A DNA stretch of 64,000 bases from Gammaproteobacteria bacterium (lineage in GTDB: Bacteria; Pseudomonadota; Gammaproteobacteria; CBDBBL01): the NCBI GenBank assembly GCA_965203125.1, contig CBDBBL010000018.1, forward strand, positions 162,885 to 226,884, in the 5' to 3' direction. The position numbers and the translations under genes are program-made. How positions within the stretch are numbered: the first letter of the stretch is position 1; every line of letters begins with the position of its first letter. Under the pieces are notes generated by a model that was not told where the DNA came from, made no database searches, and saw only the letters and a list, made by a program, of their open reading frames with translations. Below, piece after piece: positions 1-11,979 of this stretch.

Positions 1-6
1 GAGAAC

Positions 7-888
7 TCACACGCCTCCACCATGAGCGCATCTTCCACTACTGTCTAAGCGTGAAGCCACAAGATCTCGATTAGGTAATAGTTTTTTATCAATCAGCTTT
101 AATTCAGACAACACCATTAACTTTCCTTGCACAGGAAGCGGTTGCTCAACGACATGCTTCAATTTTCCTTCTGTCAGCACTCTGCCCTGAAAATAAAGCG
201 CAAAGTAACCATCCGAATGATAAGGGGCAACAATAACTTTCGATAATGTCCCGCTGTCATTCATCCGTAAAGGGTAATATTTTATCGTAGGCTGATACCT
301 GCTTTTATTACGACTCACCTGATAAAAATCCTCTACCGATACTGCCAAGGCATAACCAGCTGGAAATCGATCTGACCCTTGCTGAACAGGTGTGGTTATT
401 TTGTAAAACTGGGTCAATCCAGTTGGACTCTCAAATAACGGATACTGCTGCCTCGCTTCTACTACGCGCCATCCTACTCCATGAAAAGCTACTCTCGACT
501 CATCGAGAACACTGGCTGTTAATACAACAAATTCAGGATGAACCCTACTCAACGTATCCAACATTGCTGTAAAAATGCCATGTCTTCGATAACAAGGTTT
601 AACTTCAATGATAGCAACATCGACCGCTTTATGATTACTGTAAGGACTCCATGTCATATAAGCGATAGTCTCGCCTTCACGATTGGTAACAACAAGCGCA
701 TGATACTGATTGAAAGCTCGTATTATATAATTTCTGTTGTGCCAAAAAGATCCGACCCCAAAACCTGATCTCAACTTGTTCATGCATTTCTTTAAAGTAA
801 ACTCACTCCACAACCAAGACAACACAGCGTCCAAGAAATTAATTCTGTTTTCAGGATTGATTGTCTGAATTCTTATTCCTTCCAGCAT
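7..888 (-). CDS. Hypothetical protein with GNAT-like acetyltransferase motif
   Basis: Complete 293-aa ORF (stop TGA at 7-9). Segment VDVAIIEVKPCYRRHGIFTAML resembles the GNAT acetyl-CoA binding motif (R-x-x-G-x-G/A). Assignment by motif only. Confidence 0.4.
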   Translation of the reverse strand: MLEGIRIQTINPENRINFLDAVLSWLWSEFTLKKCMNKLRSGFGVGSFWHNRNYIIRAFNQYHALVVTNREGETIAYMTWSPYSNHKAVDVAIIEVKPCYRRHGIFTAMLDTLSRVHPEFVVLTASVLDESRVAFHGVGWRVVEARQQYPLFESPTGLTQFYKITTPVQQGSDRFPAGYALAVSVEDFYQVSRNKSRYQPTIKYYPLRMNDSGTLSKVIVAPYHSDGYFALYFQGRVLTEGKLKHVVEQPLPVQGKLMVLSELKLIDKKLLPNRDLVASRLDSSGRCAHGGGV

Positions 889-948
889 AACTGATGCAAC
901 CTACTTTATATAGCTAACAATTATTCTAAACCTATTTTTTTAGTTGTT

Positions 949-2136
949 TTATTCCATACGCAACACAAAATACCCTAACAAACCAGAAACTAGTGACCCC
1001 AATAACACACCAATACGTACAAACATTAAATATTGCACATGACTTGCTACGTCCTCAAAGGCCAACTTACCAATAAACAAACTCATCGTAAAACCAACGC
1101 CACATATCAAACTAATGCCGTATATTTTTCGCCATGTTGCATCACTTGGTAAAACAGCTATATTTGTTTTAACCGCTAACCAAACTGCACCAAAAATACC
1201 TATCTGCTTACCAAAAAACAGCCCCAAAGCAATCCCCAGTGGCACAGCATGATATAACTCATGCAATTGCACCCCAGAAAAGGACACGCCTGCATTCGCA
1301 AATGCAAATAATGGCAAAATCAAAAAAGCAACCCAAGGATGCAACATTTTCTCAAACCGTTTCAGTGGAGATCCTTTACTATTCTTTCCTTTCACGGGAA
1401 TTGCCAAGGCAAGTAATACACCAGTCAGTGTTGGGTGCAACCCAGACTTTAAAATGCAAAACCACAGTAAGAATCCCACAGCAACATACAAAGATAATCG
1501 GTCAACACAAAAGCGTGTCATTCCCCATAATAATGCACTGGTTACTGCTGTCGCCAACAAGTAATAATAGTTTAGCGATTCAGAATAAAATAAAGCAATG
1601 ATTAAAATGCCTCCTAAGTCATCAAAAATTGCCAGTGAAGTTAAAAATATTTTCAGGCTAGTGGGAACACGAGAACCCAGCAATGAAAGAATCCCTAAAG
1701 CAAATGCGATATCAGTGGCTGTTGGAATCGCCCACCCACGTACATTCAAAAGATTCGTATGTCCATGATACTGCCCAGACAGTGCATTCACCGCCAGATA
1801 AATCAACGCAGGGACCAGCATACCACCAAAACCTGCGATCGCTGGCAGACTCACTTTCTTCAAAGTATTCAGCTCACCCTCATACAACTCTCGCTTCATT
1901 TCCAAGCCAACCAGCAAGAAGAAAATGACCATCAGTCCATCATTAATAATCAGGTGCAGTGACTCATGAAACGACCACACTCCTAAGTGAAGGTGAATAT
2001 TCGAGTATAATAATGATTGGTACCAACCACTTGCCGACGTATTATCTAAAACAATTGCGAGCACTGCTGCTAAGAACAATAAAATACCACCAGATGATTC
2101 CATCTGCAGGAAATGCTTAATACTAAATCTTGGCAT
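949..2136 (-). CDS. nhaA: Na+/H+ antiporter NhaA
   Basis: 395 aa, multi-TM; NhaA signatures GWAIPTATDIAFALG and LAIFDDLGGI present. Confidence 0.9.
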   Translation of the reverse strand: MPRFSIKHFLQMESSGGILLFLAAVLAIVLDNTSASGWYQSLLYSNIHLHLGVWSFHESLHLIINDGLMVIFFLLVGLEMKRELYEGELNTLKKVSLPAIAGFGGMLVPALIYLAVNALSGQYHGHTNLLNVRGWAIPTATDIAFALGILSLLGSRVPTSLKIFLTSLAIFDDLGGILIIALFYSESLNYYYLLATAVTSALLWGMTRFCVDRLSLYVAVGFLLWFCILKSGLHPTLTGVLLALAIPVKGKNSKGSPLKRFEKMLHPWVAFLILPLFAFANAGVSFSGVQLHELYHAVPLGIALGLFFGKQIGIFGAVWLAVKTNIAVLPSDATWRKIYGISLICGVGFTMSLFIGKLAFEDVASHVQYLMFVRIGVLLGSLVSGLLGYFVLRME

Positions 2137-3062
2137 TAGTTACACTCCTGTTGAGTGTTAGGAGTGCTAAGTTGCTTCTGTCTAATTCGCCACTTGGGGT
2201 CACCCTTGGCAACATGAAGACAATACTGACAAGATTGCCCCTCCACAAATGCATCCAACTGCTGCTCCTCTTGAGTCACCGGTGACGAACATACTTTACA
2301 CTGTGTTGCACCTGTTTCTTGTAAATTAGTATCCAGCACCATACGTTCATCAAAGACAAAACAATCGCCTTCGTAATGAGCACCACCACATTCTTCAAAA
2401 TATTTCAAAATACCCCCATCTAATTGATAAACTTTTTTGAACCCTTTTTTCATCAAAGGGACAGCCGCTTTCTCACAACGCACCCCGCCTGTACAAAACA
2501 TGACTAATGGTTTCTCTTTCGCAGATTGAGGTAATTGATCACTAGCTTGAGGAAAATCAGAAAAATGTTTAATATTTAAATTGACCGCATCTTTAAATGT
2601 ACCAAAACCAATCTCATAATCATTCCGAGTATCCAAAACAGTCATATCAACACCATCATCGTACATTTTTTTGAATGCCTGCGCAGATAAGTGTTCTCCT
2701 GTCATCTGGACAGGTTTAACTTCTGCCTGTTTCATACAAATGATTTCTTTCTTTAAGCGCACGCGCAAACGCTGGAAAGGCACAAAACTAGAATAGCTTA
2801 GCTTAAACTTGATCTGACTAAATCGCTCATCTTTCCTGAAGTTACGCATGAACGACTGAACTCCCCCGTCTTCTCCTGCCAAGTTAATATTAACCCCTTC
2901 ACAACTTAACAAAATGGTACCTTTAAGCTGTAAATCTTGACAGCGCATTTTGAGTGATTTTTGTAATTTTTCAACCTGATCGATATCAACGAATAGATAT
3001 CCTGATATATTCGTAACCTTACTTTCATCTGTCTGGTTAGCTTGATTATGATGCATAGTCAT
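2136..3062 (-). CDS. trhO: Rhodanese-domain tRNA U34 hydroxylase TrhO (YceA/UPF0176 family)
   Basis: 308 aa; CTGGVRCEKA active-site loop and VFDERM motif as in E. coli YceA; C-terminal Cys cluster. Confidence 0.8.
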   Translation of the reverse strand: MTMHHNQANQTDESKVTNISGYLFVDIDQVEKLQKSLKMRCQDLQLKGTILLSCEGVNINLAGEDGGVQSFMRNFRKDERFSQIKFKLSYSSFVPFQRLRVRLKKEIICMKQAEVKPVQMTGEHLSAQAFKKMYDDGVDMTVLDTRNDYEIGFGTFKDAVNLNIKHFSDFPQASDQLPQSAKEKPLVMFCTGGVRCEKAAVPLMKKGFKKVYQLDGGILKYFEECGGAHYEGDCFVFDERMVLDTNLQETGATQCKVCSSPVTQEEQQLDAFVEGQSCQYCLHVAKGDPKWRIRQKQLSTPNTQQECN

Positions 3063-3094
3063 CTCCTGTCTTGTAAAGACTTGACCCGAGCTTT

Positions 3095-3556
3095 TTATCT
3101 TCGAGTATTGCGTTTTTCTTTAAAAAAATCGCTGAGCATTCTACCGCACTTTCCTTCTAAAATACCACCTTCACAACTGATTTTATGATTCAACCAAGTT
3201 AGATCATCTATATTGAACACACTCTCAACAACTCCGGTCTTGGCATCATATGCACCAAAAACAAGACGTTTAATGCGTGCGTGAACTATAGCACCAATAC
3301 ACATCAAACAGGGTTCCAATGTAACATACAGCGTACAATCTGATAGGCGATAATTGTTTAGCACTTTACCTGCCGATCGAATTGCAATTATTTCAGCATG
3401 ACACGTTGCATCATGCTCTTTAATGGGTTGATTGAATCCACTCGCGATCACCTCCCCTGATTTAATCAACACTGCTCCGACAGGAACTTCATCAATCGAT
3501 TGTGCCAACTGTGCTTGTTCCAGCGCTAGCTGCATATAGTCTTGATCACTTTGCAA
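3095..3556 (-). CDS. tadA: tRNA-specific adenosine deaminase TadA
   Basis: 153 aa; CMP/dCMP deaminase zinc motifs HAE (CHAEIIAI) and PCxxC (LEPCLMCIGAI); collinear with E. coli TadA. Confidence 0.85.
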   Translation of the reverse strand: MQSDQDYMQLALEQAQLAQSIDEVPVGAVLIKSGEVIASGFNQPIKEHDATCHAEIIAIRSAGKVLNNYRLSDCTLYVTLEPCLMCIGAIVHARIKRLVFGAYDAKTGVVESVFNIDDLTWLNHKISCEGGILEGKCGRMLSDFFKEKRNTRR

Positions 3557-4785
3557 TCTAACTGCCCCTTTTTTAAACGAATACTAATATCATCACCAAC
3601 TTGTGCTTGCTCTGCACTGGTCATAATGACCTGCTGTTGATTCGTTACCACAGAAAACCCTCTTGAGAGGGTATTAAGCGGACTCAATTGATTCAGACTG
3701 TTCGCTACTTGCTGCACACGATATTGACAACCTATCAGTTTTTTTTCTAGTAAATGTTCCAAGCGTATTTGTAACGCGCTTAAGTCACTTAACTGCTGTT
3801 GTATCTTTCGTTTAGGATGCTGCAAATATAATCGCGTATGATAATTTGTCAATTGCTGTAACTTCGCGGTAACCCATTGCTCTTTTAGCTGCAACAGCTC
3901 ACTCTCCAGTCGATCCAACTGCTGCATCGATTCTTGTATTTTATTTAACATCGACTGCTGTAAGCGATGCAATAAATAATCCAAACGACTACGTACATGC
4001 TGTTTATCAAGTGATGCTTGCTCAGCCGCTGCCGTGGGTGTTGCCGCACGACAATCAGCCACTAAATCCGCAATGGTGATATCAACTTCATGACCAACAC
4101 CACTAATAATTGGCAGCTTGCTGTGAAAAATTGCCGCCGCTACTTTCTCATTATTAAATGCTTGTAAGTCAGCAATATCACCTCCACCACGGGTTAATAT
4201 CAACACATCACAATTACTCTGATTTGCCAACTCAATCGCTTGAACAATCTGCACAGGTGCTTCTTGCCCTTGTACCAAAGTTGGATATAGCTTAACTTCA
4301 ACCCAAGGAGATCTGCGTGCCAACACTTTCAATACATCTTGTAATGCCGCACCACGCTCTGAAGTAATCACACCTATTTTCTCTGGCAACTCACCCCATG
4401 CTTTCTTATATTGCTCATCAAACCATCCTTGTGTTTGTAGCTTCTGCCTGAGCTGCTCAAACTGCTGCCTAAGCAATCCCTCTCCACTGAGTTCTACGCG
4501 ATGAACAAGCAATTGTAAGTCTCCCCTGACTTCATACAAACTTGCACTAGCATATATCAACACTTCATTGCCTTGCGTTAACAACGATTGATTAGTAGGT
4601 TGATTACCACGAAACATCACACAACGCACCTGGGATCGAGAGTCCTTCAAGCTAAAATAACAATGTCCAGAGCTCGCACGCACCAACCCCGATATTTCAC
4701 CTTGAACCCAAATACCTGAAAAATTTTCACCCAACTGCTGTTTGATTTTCGTGTTGAGTGCTGTGATGGTTAAAATGGATTTCAC
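3526..4785 (-). CDS. xseA: Exodeoxyribonuclease VII large subunit XseA
   Basis: 419 aa; N-terminal OB-fold region (IWVQGEISGL...GHCYFSLKD) and central LILTRGGGDIADL...GHEVDITIADLVAD...ATPTAAAE motifs typical of XseA; divergent from guaB as in many Gammaproteobacteria. Confidence 0.85.
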   Translation of the reverse strand: MKSILTITALNTKIKQQLGENFSGIWVQGEISGLVRASSGHCYFSLKDSRSQVRCVMFRGNQPTNQSLLTQGNEVLIYASASLYEVRGDLQLLVHRVELSGEGLLRQQFEQLRQKLQTQGWFDEQYKKAWGELPEKIGVITSERGAALQDVLKVLARRSPWVEVKLYPTLVQGQEAPVQIVQAIELANQSNCDVLILTRGGGDIADLQAFNNEKVAAAIFHSKLPIISGVGHEVDITIADLVADCRAATPTAAAEQASLDKQHVRSRLDYLLHRLQQSMLNKIQESMQQLDRLESELLQLKEQWVTAKLQQLTNYHTRLYLQHPKRKIQQQLSDLSALQIRLEHLLEKKLIGCQYRVQQVANSLNQLSPLNTLSRGFSVVTNQQQVIMTSAEQAQVGDDISIRLKKGQLDCKVIKTICS

Positions 4786-5132
4786 TCACACCCACCTGTC
4801 GCCAACCAAAGCTGGTGTAGTATCTTGTACAATTTCCCACTACCAGATGACTTACTATGATAGTGGTTCATTTTTGCCAATCTTCCCAAAGATTCCCTTA
4901 AATATTCTCTTAACTGGTTACATCTATCATGATCACTGGTTGCATCTGAAAAGTTTTCAACCCTCGCAACAATATAGGCACTAGCCTCTTGCTTTTTCTT
5001 AAACAATCGACCATTTCGAAAGATCAATCGCCTGCTGTCACGATAACTACGCAACCTCTGAAGACAATCAATAAATATCCTTTGGTTAACAACCATCTCA
5101 ACCTCCCACAAAAAGTATGACCACAACTCATA

Positions 5133-5471
5133 TTACAAAACACTATTCAAGTTGAGCTTATTTCTAGCAAGCATAGAAAAAATACAGCGCTCTAACCTTT
5201 TAAACAAAAAGCCTTCTTCATATCGCCTACGGTATTGTAAGTTCAATTTACCTAAATCATGCAAGAAAATCCAAAAATAATAATACAAATAAGTCTGCCC
5301 AACCTCTGCGCCAATAATTAAGATCATATTTTTCAATAATCTATGTTCAGCCTCTAGTCTGAAATCCGTAACTCTCCCGTCATTATAGCTAACACAGCAC
5401 TGATGCGTTTGATCATAATCAACTGCACGTGTCACCCTTCCGTGAAGACCACTACCAATTTTCCAACTCAC
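5133..5471 (-). CDS. Hypothetical protein (weak; may be non-coding remnant in the xseA-guaB intergenic region)
   Basis: 112-aa ORF with no recognisable motif, in the region between xseA and the IS insertion. Confidence 0.2.
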   Translation of the reverse strand: MSWKIGSGLHGRVTRAVDYDQTHQCCVSYNDGRVTDFRLEAEHRLLKNMILIIGAEVGQTYLYYYFWIFLHDLGKLNLQYRRRYEEGFLFKRLERCIFSMLARNKLNLNSVL

Positions 5472-5530
5472 TCCTTAGCTCCATTGTATAAGTTCAGATA
5501 GAAATGAGACAAATTTGCAAAAATAAAAAA

Positions 5531-6605
5531 AGACCTCGAGAATTGAGTTGAAATAAACCAAAACACGAGGTCATTATGCAAATCAAAGGACTGCACAAGT
5601 CGATTTATAAACTATATGGATATGGACGTAAACAAGAAGTTTTAATTGAATACCGAAAAAAATATCAAACGATAGTCAGTCAGTGGGAGCGTCTGAAAAA
5701 AGCAGGCACCAATGAGAAAGAAATCCCTTCATTTGTAGGTTGCTCAAGAGCAACGTATTATCGATCTCGAAAAATATTGATCGATTTAGAACGCGGTAAA
5801 CTACCACCATCAAAAGCTAGGATTAGGCGAAACAAACCGAAATGGGGTGAGGCAGAAAAACAGTTAGTGCTTGGTGTTCGCAGAGAAAACAGCAGCTATG
5901 GCAAGTTTAAAATAACCCATATATTGAAACGAGATCATCAGTTACAGATGAGTGAAAGCACAGTAGGCAGGATATTGAAACACTTACTAAGAAAAGGCGT
6001 GATCACCAAATCTCTATCAGCACAGCGGGCAAAAAAGAAACGTAATTTCACTAAAAGTTATGCTAAGCCTTGGCAGTTCAAAAAATATGAACAAATGAAG
6101 TTAGGTGAGCATGTTCAAGTAGATCATATGACAGTACGCCACAATGGAGTAACGGTGAAGCATTTTCAGGCATGGGAGCGTAAAAGCAAATACATTGGAG
6201 CGCAGATTTACACCAATGCTAGCAGTAAGTCAGCTAGAAAGTTTTTACTCGAGCTGATAGAGCAAGCTCCGTTCGAGATCTTGTCGATACAGGTTGATGG
6301 AGGATCAGAGTTCATGGCTGAATTTGAGGATGCTTGTCGACAGCTGAATATACCGTTGTATGTTTTACCGCCAGCTAGTCCAAAGAAAAATGGAGGTGTT
6401 GAAAGAGGTAACCGAATTTTTAGAGAAGAGTTTTATGCCAAGCCTTCACTTGCAGATTCACTGGGAGCAATTCGTAATGATCTTAAAGATGCTGTGGCTA
6501 AATATAATGATTACAGACCGCATTTTTCTCTTGCAGGCTTAACTCCTTTGGCTTACATTGGGAAACATAATTCTCGAGGTGCTTGTTTGTCTCAAAACAC
6601 CTGAA
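5531..6605 (+). mobile_element. IS element (IS481-like, single DDE transposase ORF) inserted between xseA and guaB
   Basis: Imperfect terminal inverted repeats GACCTCGAGAATT (about 5532-5544) and AATTCTCGAGGTG (about 6568-6580) bracket a single transposase ORF; exact ends uncertain. Confidence 0.55.
5576..6604 (+). CDS. DDE transposase (integrase-core/rve domain; IS481-like)
   Basis: 342 aa; N-terminal HTH-like region, catalytic core with [23 protein letters not shown] and [15 protein letters not shown] (D,D,E integrase-core pattern). Confidence 0.8.
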   Translation: MQIKGLHKSIYKLYGYGRKQEVLIEYRKKYQTIVSQWERLKKAGTNEKEIPSFVGCSRATYYRSRKILIDLERGKLPPSKARIRRNKPKWGEAEKQLVLGVRRENSSYGKFKITHILKRDHQLQMSESTVGRILKHLLRKGVITKSLSAQRAKKKRNFTKSYAKPWQFKKYEQMKLGEHVQVDHMTVRHNGVTVKHFQAWERKSKYIGAQIYTNASSKSARKFLLELIEQAPFEILSIQVDGGSEFMAEFEDACRQLNIPLYVLPPASPKKNGGVERGNRIFREEFYAKPSLADSLGAIRNDLKDAVAKYNDYRPHFSLAGLTPLAYIGKHNSRGACLSQNT

Positions 6606-6680
6606 CCTATACACCATACAAATAACACTCAACATTCGCCACAACTTCTTGTACAATGGCAGAGAAAAGTAGACATTATC

Positions 6681-8165
6681 ATGAAAATATCTCACGATGC
6701 ACTCACTTTCGACGACTTACTGCTCATCCCCCGTTATTCTGAAGTCCTTCCTAATGAAGTTGACCTAACTACCCAGTTAACACGTCATATCAGCTTGAAA
6801 ATGCCATTACTATCCGCCGCGATGGATACCGTAACAGAAGCAAAACTTGCCATTACTTTGGCACAAGAAGGCGGCATCGGTATCTTACATAAAAACATGT
6901 CTACTCAGGCACAAGCTGAACAAGTCCGTCAAGTCAAAAAATTTGAGAGCGGCGTGATTCAAGACCCCGTTACCATCTCACCTGAAACAACAGTCGGCAA
7001 ATTAAAAGAACTAACACAGTCTCACGGCTTTTCTGGTATGCCCGTCATGGACTCAACATCAGGCAAAAATCAAGTAGTCGGCATAGTCACTAATCGTGAT
7101 ATTCGCTTTGAGAAGGACATGAGTAAAAAGGTCGCCGATGTCATGACATCTAAAGATCAATTAGTGACTGTTGCTGAAGGAACAGATAAACATACCATCA
7201 TGACGCTGATGCAAGAGCATAGAATTGAAAAAATACTTGTCGTCGACCAGCAGTTTTCTTTACGCGGAATGGTCACAGTCAAAGATATTCTTAAAGCAAA
7301 AGAAAAACCAAATGCAAGCAAAGATGAGCAAGGTCAGTTGCGTGTCGGCGCAGCAGTCGGGGTCGGTGCAGAAACTGAAGAACGCATCGAGCACTTAATT
7401 GTTGCAGGAGTTGATGTCATTATTATCGATACAGCACATGGGCACTCTAAAAAGGTGCTCGAACGTATTCAAGCAACACGCAAGGCTTATCCAAACCTTG
7501 CCATCATTGGTGGCAATATTGCCACTGCCGATGCTGCACAAGCATTAATTGATGCGGGGGTGGATGGGTTAAAAGTCGGCATGGGACCTGGCTCAATTTG
7601 TACAACCAGAATCATTGCAGGTATTGGTGTACCACAGGCGAGCGCCGTTGACCAAGTTGCACGTATTGCTAATCAATATAATATACCCATCATTGCCGAC
7701 GGTGGCATTCGATTCTCTGGGGATATTGGCAAAGCAATTGCTGCAGGTGCATCTAGCGTTATGATTGGTAGCTTGTTAGCAGGAACAGAAGAATCACCTG
7801 GTGAAGTTATTTATTACCAAGGGCGCGCCTATAAAAGTTATCGAGGGATGGGCTCTGTTGGCGCAATGAGCGGCGACCATAGCTCTGCAGACCGTTATTT
7901 CCAAGAAAAACCCAATCATATGAATCATCAACAAAAACTCGTTCCTGAAGGCATTGAAGGTCGAGTACCCTACAAGGGCAGTGCAGTCACGGTACTTCAC
8001 CAATTAATGGGGGGATTACGCTCGACAATGGGCTATACAGGTGCAAAAGATATCAACACGCTACGCACACAAGTTGAGTTTGTTCGCATCTCTAGTGCAA
8101 GCATGAAAGAAAGCCATGTACACGATGTGATGATTACAAAAGAAGCACCAAACTACAGCATTTAG
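6681..8165 (+). CDS. guaB: IMP dehydrogenase GuaB
   Basis: Start taken at internal Met ([22 protein letters not shown]), 494 aa; CBS pair and catalytic loop (GIGVPQ...GPGSICTTR) present. Upstream part of the listed ORF lies inside the IS and is not GuaB. Confidence 0.92.
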   Translation: MKISHDALTFDDLLLIPRYSEVLPNEVDLTTQLTRHISLKMPLLSAAMDTVTEAKLAITLAQEGGIGILHKNMSTQAQAEQVRQVKKFESGVIQDPVTISPETTVGKLKELTQSHGFSGMPVMDSTSGKNQVVGIVTNRDIRFEKDMSKKVADVMTSKDQLVTVAEGTDKHTIMTLMQEHRIEKILVVDQQFSLRGMVTVKDILKAKEKPNASKDEQGQLRVGAAVGVGAETEERIEHLIVAGVDVIIIDTAHGHSKKVLERIQATRKAYPNLAIIGGNIATADAAQALIDAGVDGLKVGMGPGSICTTRIIAGIGVPQASAVDQVARIANQYNIPIIADGGIRFSGDIGKAIAAGASSVMIGSLLAGTEESPGEVIYYQGRAYKSYRGMGSVGAMSGDHSSADRYFQEKPNHMNHQQKLVPEGIEGRVPYKGSAVTVLHQLMGGLRSTMGYTGAKDINTLRTQVEFVRISSASMKESHVHDVMITKEAPNYSI

Positions 8166-8338
8166 GAACTATCTATTAATAACTTTTGCAATTGGCGAAT
8201 AAATTGAATTTAGTTTTAAATGTTTTAATTGAGAAAAACCACAGTAACAGCAAGCTATTGCGCGGATTTTTCGATTGAAAAACATTTGAAAATGATTTTA
8301 ATTTAGATGAGAATTGTGAAATTTATTAATAGATACTT
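8166..8338. repeat. MITE-like repeat, family 1 (copy A), filling the guaB-guaA intergenic space
   Basis: About 90% identical to the reverse complement of 42484-42660; imperfect terminal IRs GGAACTATCTATTAATAACT / ATTTATTAATAGATACTTCC; palindromic core CAGCAAGCTATTGCG. Confidence 0.55.
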
Positions 8339-8353
8339 CCCTAGGAGTGCATT

Positions 8354-9886
8354 ATGTCTAACATTCTCATTCTTGATTTTGGCTCACAATATACACAACT
8401 CATTGCTCGACGTATTCGCGAAATCGGCGTGTACTGCGAACTCTACCCTTTTGATTGTGACCCTAAAGATATTCAAGCTTTTAACCCAGCAGGCATCATC
8501 CTCTCAGGTGGACCAGAAAGTGTCACCAGCGACAATGCCCCACAAGCGCCCAGCATTATTTTCGACATGAGCATCCCCATTCTAGGTATTTGTTATGGCA
8601 TGCAAACTATGGCAACCCAACTGGGTGGAAAAGTAGCGGTTAGCGAACATCAAGAGCTAGGCGCGGCAACTTTAAAGGCTCAGCATCCTTGTTTATTATT
8701 AAACACCACCAACACGCTCGATGTATGGATGAGCCACGGCGATCATGTTAGCGAATTACCTCCACAGTTTGCGACCACCGCTACCACAAAATACGCACCG
8801 ATTGCAGCGATGGCACATCAATCTAAACCTTGGTTTGGATTACAATTCCACCCCGAAGTAACACATACACCACAAGGCCTAGAAATATTACAGCGCTTTG
8901 CACTGGATATCTGTCAGTGCCCAATTACCTGGCAGCCTACACAAATGATTCAACAAGCAACTGAAGAAGCAAAAAAATTAGTCGGGGATGACCATGTTAT
9001 TCTTGGTTTATCAGGCGGTGTTGATTCTTCAGTCGTTGCCATGCTTTTACACCAAGCAATTGGCAAGCAATTAACTTGTATTTTTATTGACACTGGCTTA
9101 TTGCGAAAAAATGAAGCCACTGAAGTCATCGCACTTTTTCAACAACACCTGCACCTTAACCTAATTCATATTGATGCAAAGAATCGATTTATTGATGCAC
9201 TAAAAGGTCTTGATGAACCAGAGCTCAAAAGAAAAACGATTGGTCGCATTTTTATTGAAATCTTTGAAGAAGAGTCGAAAAAAATTCCACAAGCAAAATG
9301 GCTCGCCCAAGGGACTATCTATTCAGACGTTATTGAATCCGCAGCAACAAAACATGGTAAAGCACACGTGATTAAATCACACCATAATGTGGGCGGATTA
9401 CCTAAAGAAATGAAGCTTAAAATATTAGAACCTGTACGCCACTTATTTAAAGATGAAGTCAGAAAAGCAGGACTAACACTTGGATTACCTCACAACCTGC
9501 TCTATCGGCACCCGTTTCCTGGACCAGGTCTTGGTGTACGTATTTTAGGCGAGATCAAAACACAGTATGTCAATATACTGCAACAAGCAGATGCGATATT
9601 TATTGAATCCCTCAGAGAGGAAAACCTATACGATCAAGTCAGCCAAGCATTTGCTGTCTTTCTTCCAGTGAAGTCGGTTGGTGTGACGGGAGATCAGCGT
9701 TGTTATGATTACGTCATTGCACTACGAGCCGTAGAAAGCATCGACTTTATGACTGCACACTGGGCAGAGTTGCCTCATTCATTTTTAAGGCAAGTTTCAA
9801 ACCGTATTATTAATGAAGTTTCTGGTGTCTCCCGCGTGGTCTATGATATTTCAGGAAAGCCTCCTGCTACGATTGAGTGGGAGTGA
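8354..9886 (+). CDS. guaA: GMP synthase (glutamine-hydrolysing) GuaA
   Basis: 510 aa; N-terminal class-I glutamine amidotransferase, ATP-PPase loop SGGVDSSV, conserved C-terminal dimerisation region. Confidence 0.95.
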   Translation: MSNILILDFGSQYTQLIARRIREIGVYCELYPFDCDPKDIQAFNPAGIILSGGPESVTSDNAPQAPSIIFDMSIPILGICYGMQTMATQLGGKVAVSEHQELGAATLKAQHPCLLLNTTNTLDVWMSHGDHVSELPPQFATTATTKYAPIAAMAHQSKPWFGLQFHPEVTHTPQGLEILQRFALDICQCPITWQPTQMIQQATEEAKKLVGDDHVILGLSGGVDSSVVAMLLHQAIGKQLTCIFIDTGLLRKNEATEVIALFQQHLHLNLIHIDAKNRFIDALKGLDEPELKRKTIGRIFIEIFEEESKKIPQAKWLAQGTIYSDVIESAATKHGKAHVIKSHHNVGGLPKEMKLKILEPVRHLFKDEVRKAGLTLGLPHNLLYRHPFPGPGLGVRILGEIKTQYVNILQQADAIFIESLREENLYDQVSQAFAVFLPVKSVGVTGDQRCYDYVIALRAVESIDFMTAHWAELPHSFLRQVSNRIINEVSGVSRVVYDISGKPPATIEWE

Positions 9887-10634
9887 ATAATGACCTCTCA
9901 TAACGCACTGCTTCAAAACACAAACCATGTGGTGGCGCAGTCACTCCTGCTTGCTTTCTATCACGACTTTCTAGAACTGTTTTAGCCCAATCTAAAGGCT
10001 GAACCCCTTGCCCAATGTCAATCAGCACTCCGACAATATTACGCACCATGTGATGTAAGAATGCATTGGCTTCGATTTCAAGGGTAATCACATTACCCTC
10101 ACGCTTCACCGCAATCTCTTCGACACAACGCTGGGCAGTATGCGATTGACAACCCGTCGCACGGTAAGCACTAAAGTCATGCAACCCAACAAGGTGTTGC
10201 GCAGCTTCATGCATTTTTTCTGCATCTAGTTGATATGGAATATGTGTCATTTGCTCGAAATCAAGCGCGCTATTAATGCGCTGATTAAAAATTCGATAAC
10301 AATAACGTCGAGATTGCGCTGAAAACCGCGCATGGAAATCATCTACAACAGCGACACTTTTGAGTATACGAATATCACACGGTAACTTTGCATTACCACC
10401 TGTCGTCCACTCTGACAACTCACGTTTTGCACTGCTTTCAAAATGAATGACTTGCCCTATCGCATGAACACCCGCATCAGTGCGCCCAGCACAATATAAT
10501 TTAACCGGATGATTCGCTATCATACTCAATGATTGCTCAAGAAGCCCCTGAACTGTCGGCAGATCACTCGAAGACTGCCGCTGAAAGCCATGATAAGCAC
10601 TACCTTTATAACTAATTAAGCAGGCAATTTTCAC
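9867..10634 (-). CDS. truA: tRNA pseudouridine(38-40) synthase TruA
   Basis: 255 aa; [21 protein letters not shown]-terminus and GRTDAGVHA catalytic Asp motif. Confidence 0.9.
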   Translation of the reverse strand: MKIACLISYKGSAYHGFQRQSSSDLPTVQGLLEQSLSMIANHPVKLYCAGRTDAGVHAIGQVIHFESSAKRELSEWTTGGNAKLPCDIRILKSVAVVDDFHARFSAQSRRYCYRIFNQRINSALDFEQMTHIPYQLDAEKMHEAAQHLVGLHDFSAYRATGCQSHTAQRCVEEIAVKREGNVITLEIEANAFLHHMVRNIVGVLIDIGQGVQPLDWAKTVLESRDRKQAGVTAPPHGLCFEAVRYERSLFTPTQS

Positions 10635-11688
10635 TTCTCTTTAATCTGCTCCAGCAACTGAGCTGCTTGCTCTGCTAGGTCACTCTTTGGAGAATGAAGG
10701 ACTTCTTGCAAAGCATCTCTAGCCGCAGAATAATCACCCATTTCAATATAGGCTCTTGCCAAATCTAGTTTTGCACCAACACCCTCATTAGAACCTAAAT
10801 AATCATAATCATCATCAGGTGATGCGACCTGTGGTGTCTCAACAGAATTCATCGCCACAGGTACTGTTTCCAACGATGCTTTCATACGCCGCGTTTTCAC
10901 CCATAGCATAAGCAACAACAACAATAGGAACCCAATCGCACCACCACCACCATATAGAATTACTTGATGTAACTGCGCCACCTTATCTTGTAATTGCGTC
11001 ATCCTTGGTTGAATAACCATCAGCTTTTTAGCTAATTGATGCCCATGCTGCTTTTGCATCTCCAACTGTGAACGCCAGTTATCTTCCAGCGTATGCACTT
11101 TTGTCATTTGCGAGGATGTCATCTCTTGAATCTTCTCAAGCTGCTGCTGCGTTTGTGCCACACGGTGATGAACTGCCTCCACTTGCACAGATTGCTTGTT
11201 TAATATCAACGTATTGTGCTGTTGCTGGACTAACAATTCAGCGACTTGCGTCTTTAACTGGTTTACAAAACCATCTTCACTATGAAGCAAGCGTTTAACC
11301 ATCGTTTCAAAAGTTGCTGTACCCTTATACCTTGAGGAGGCTTTACTTTTTGAACCGAAGCCTTTCCATTGACGATTTTGCTCACGAATTAAGCGCAATG
11401 CTTGAATATCACTCACCTGTCGAGCTTGTCTTAATGTGGGTATGCGTAGCTGTACATTTTTCTGCAATCCATTAATATTATCTTTCAAAAACAAAGTATG
11501 ATTCAACTTAAACAATGCAACCATCATTTGTTGTGTAGTCACCGCCTTGCTGTTATTCAATTGTGTTGCAATCTGCCACAAGCGATCACTCGGCTTTACC
11601 TGCCAGTATTGAACATCAGCCATACAAGCATTAGCCAGTAATAAAGCAACCCCAAACATACCTACCTTACTTAAAGATGTCGGCATTT
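10631..11688 (-). CDS. FimV-like protein (LysM domain, C-terminal FimV motif), short form
   Basis: Start taken at internal Met giving a signal peptide (MPTSLSKVGMFGVALLLANACMA); LysM-like YWQVKPSDRLWQIA; coiled-coil region; TM segment; C-terminal LDLARAYIEMGDYSAARDALQEVL FimV motif. The fimV-truA adjacency is conserved. Confidence 0.55.
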
Positions 11689-11979
11689 TAACAGGCTTAT
11701 TTAGGTATGATATACACACAATTGTTATCTTTTTTATCGTTTGAGCTAACACGATATTTCTTCCAAGTTAAACTTTCCGACATCATAGCGAAAAACAGTT
11801 CAACTTGAAATCAATTCCAACAACAAAAGATGACATTTTTTAACTAATGAACAAGCAGTCATTAATCATAAAAGCCCCACGGCAATCGCACCGAGATATT
11901 TCGCACAACGACTTGCTTTAGTGATTAAAACCCTGTAAAAATGGTTCTGTCGCAAACAAGAGGCAATGTGCTAAACTGA

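Noticed and set aside
1239-1962. Plus-strand ORFs 1239-1601, 1683-1928, 1759-1962
   Set aside because: Antisense to nhaA, a confident membrane transporter gene.
4782-5126. 114-aa minus-strand ORF abutting the xseA start
   Set aside because: No motif, overlaps the xseA start codon region and lies in what should be the xseA-guaB regulatory region; likely spurious.
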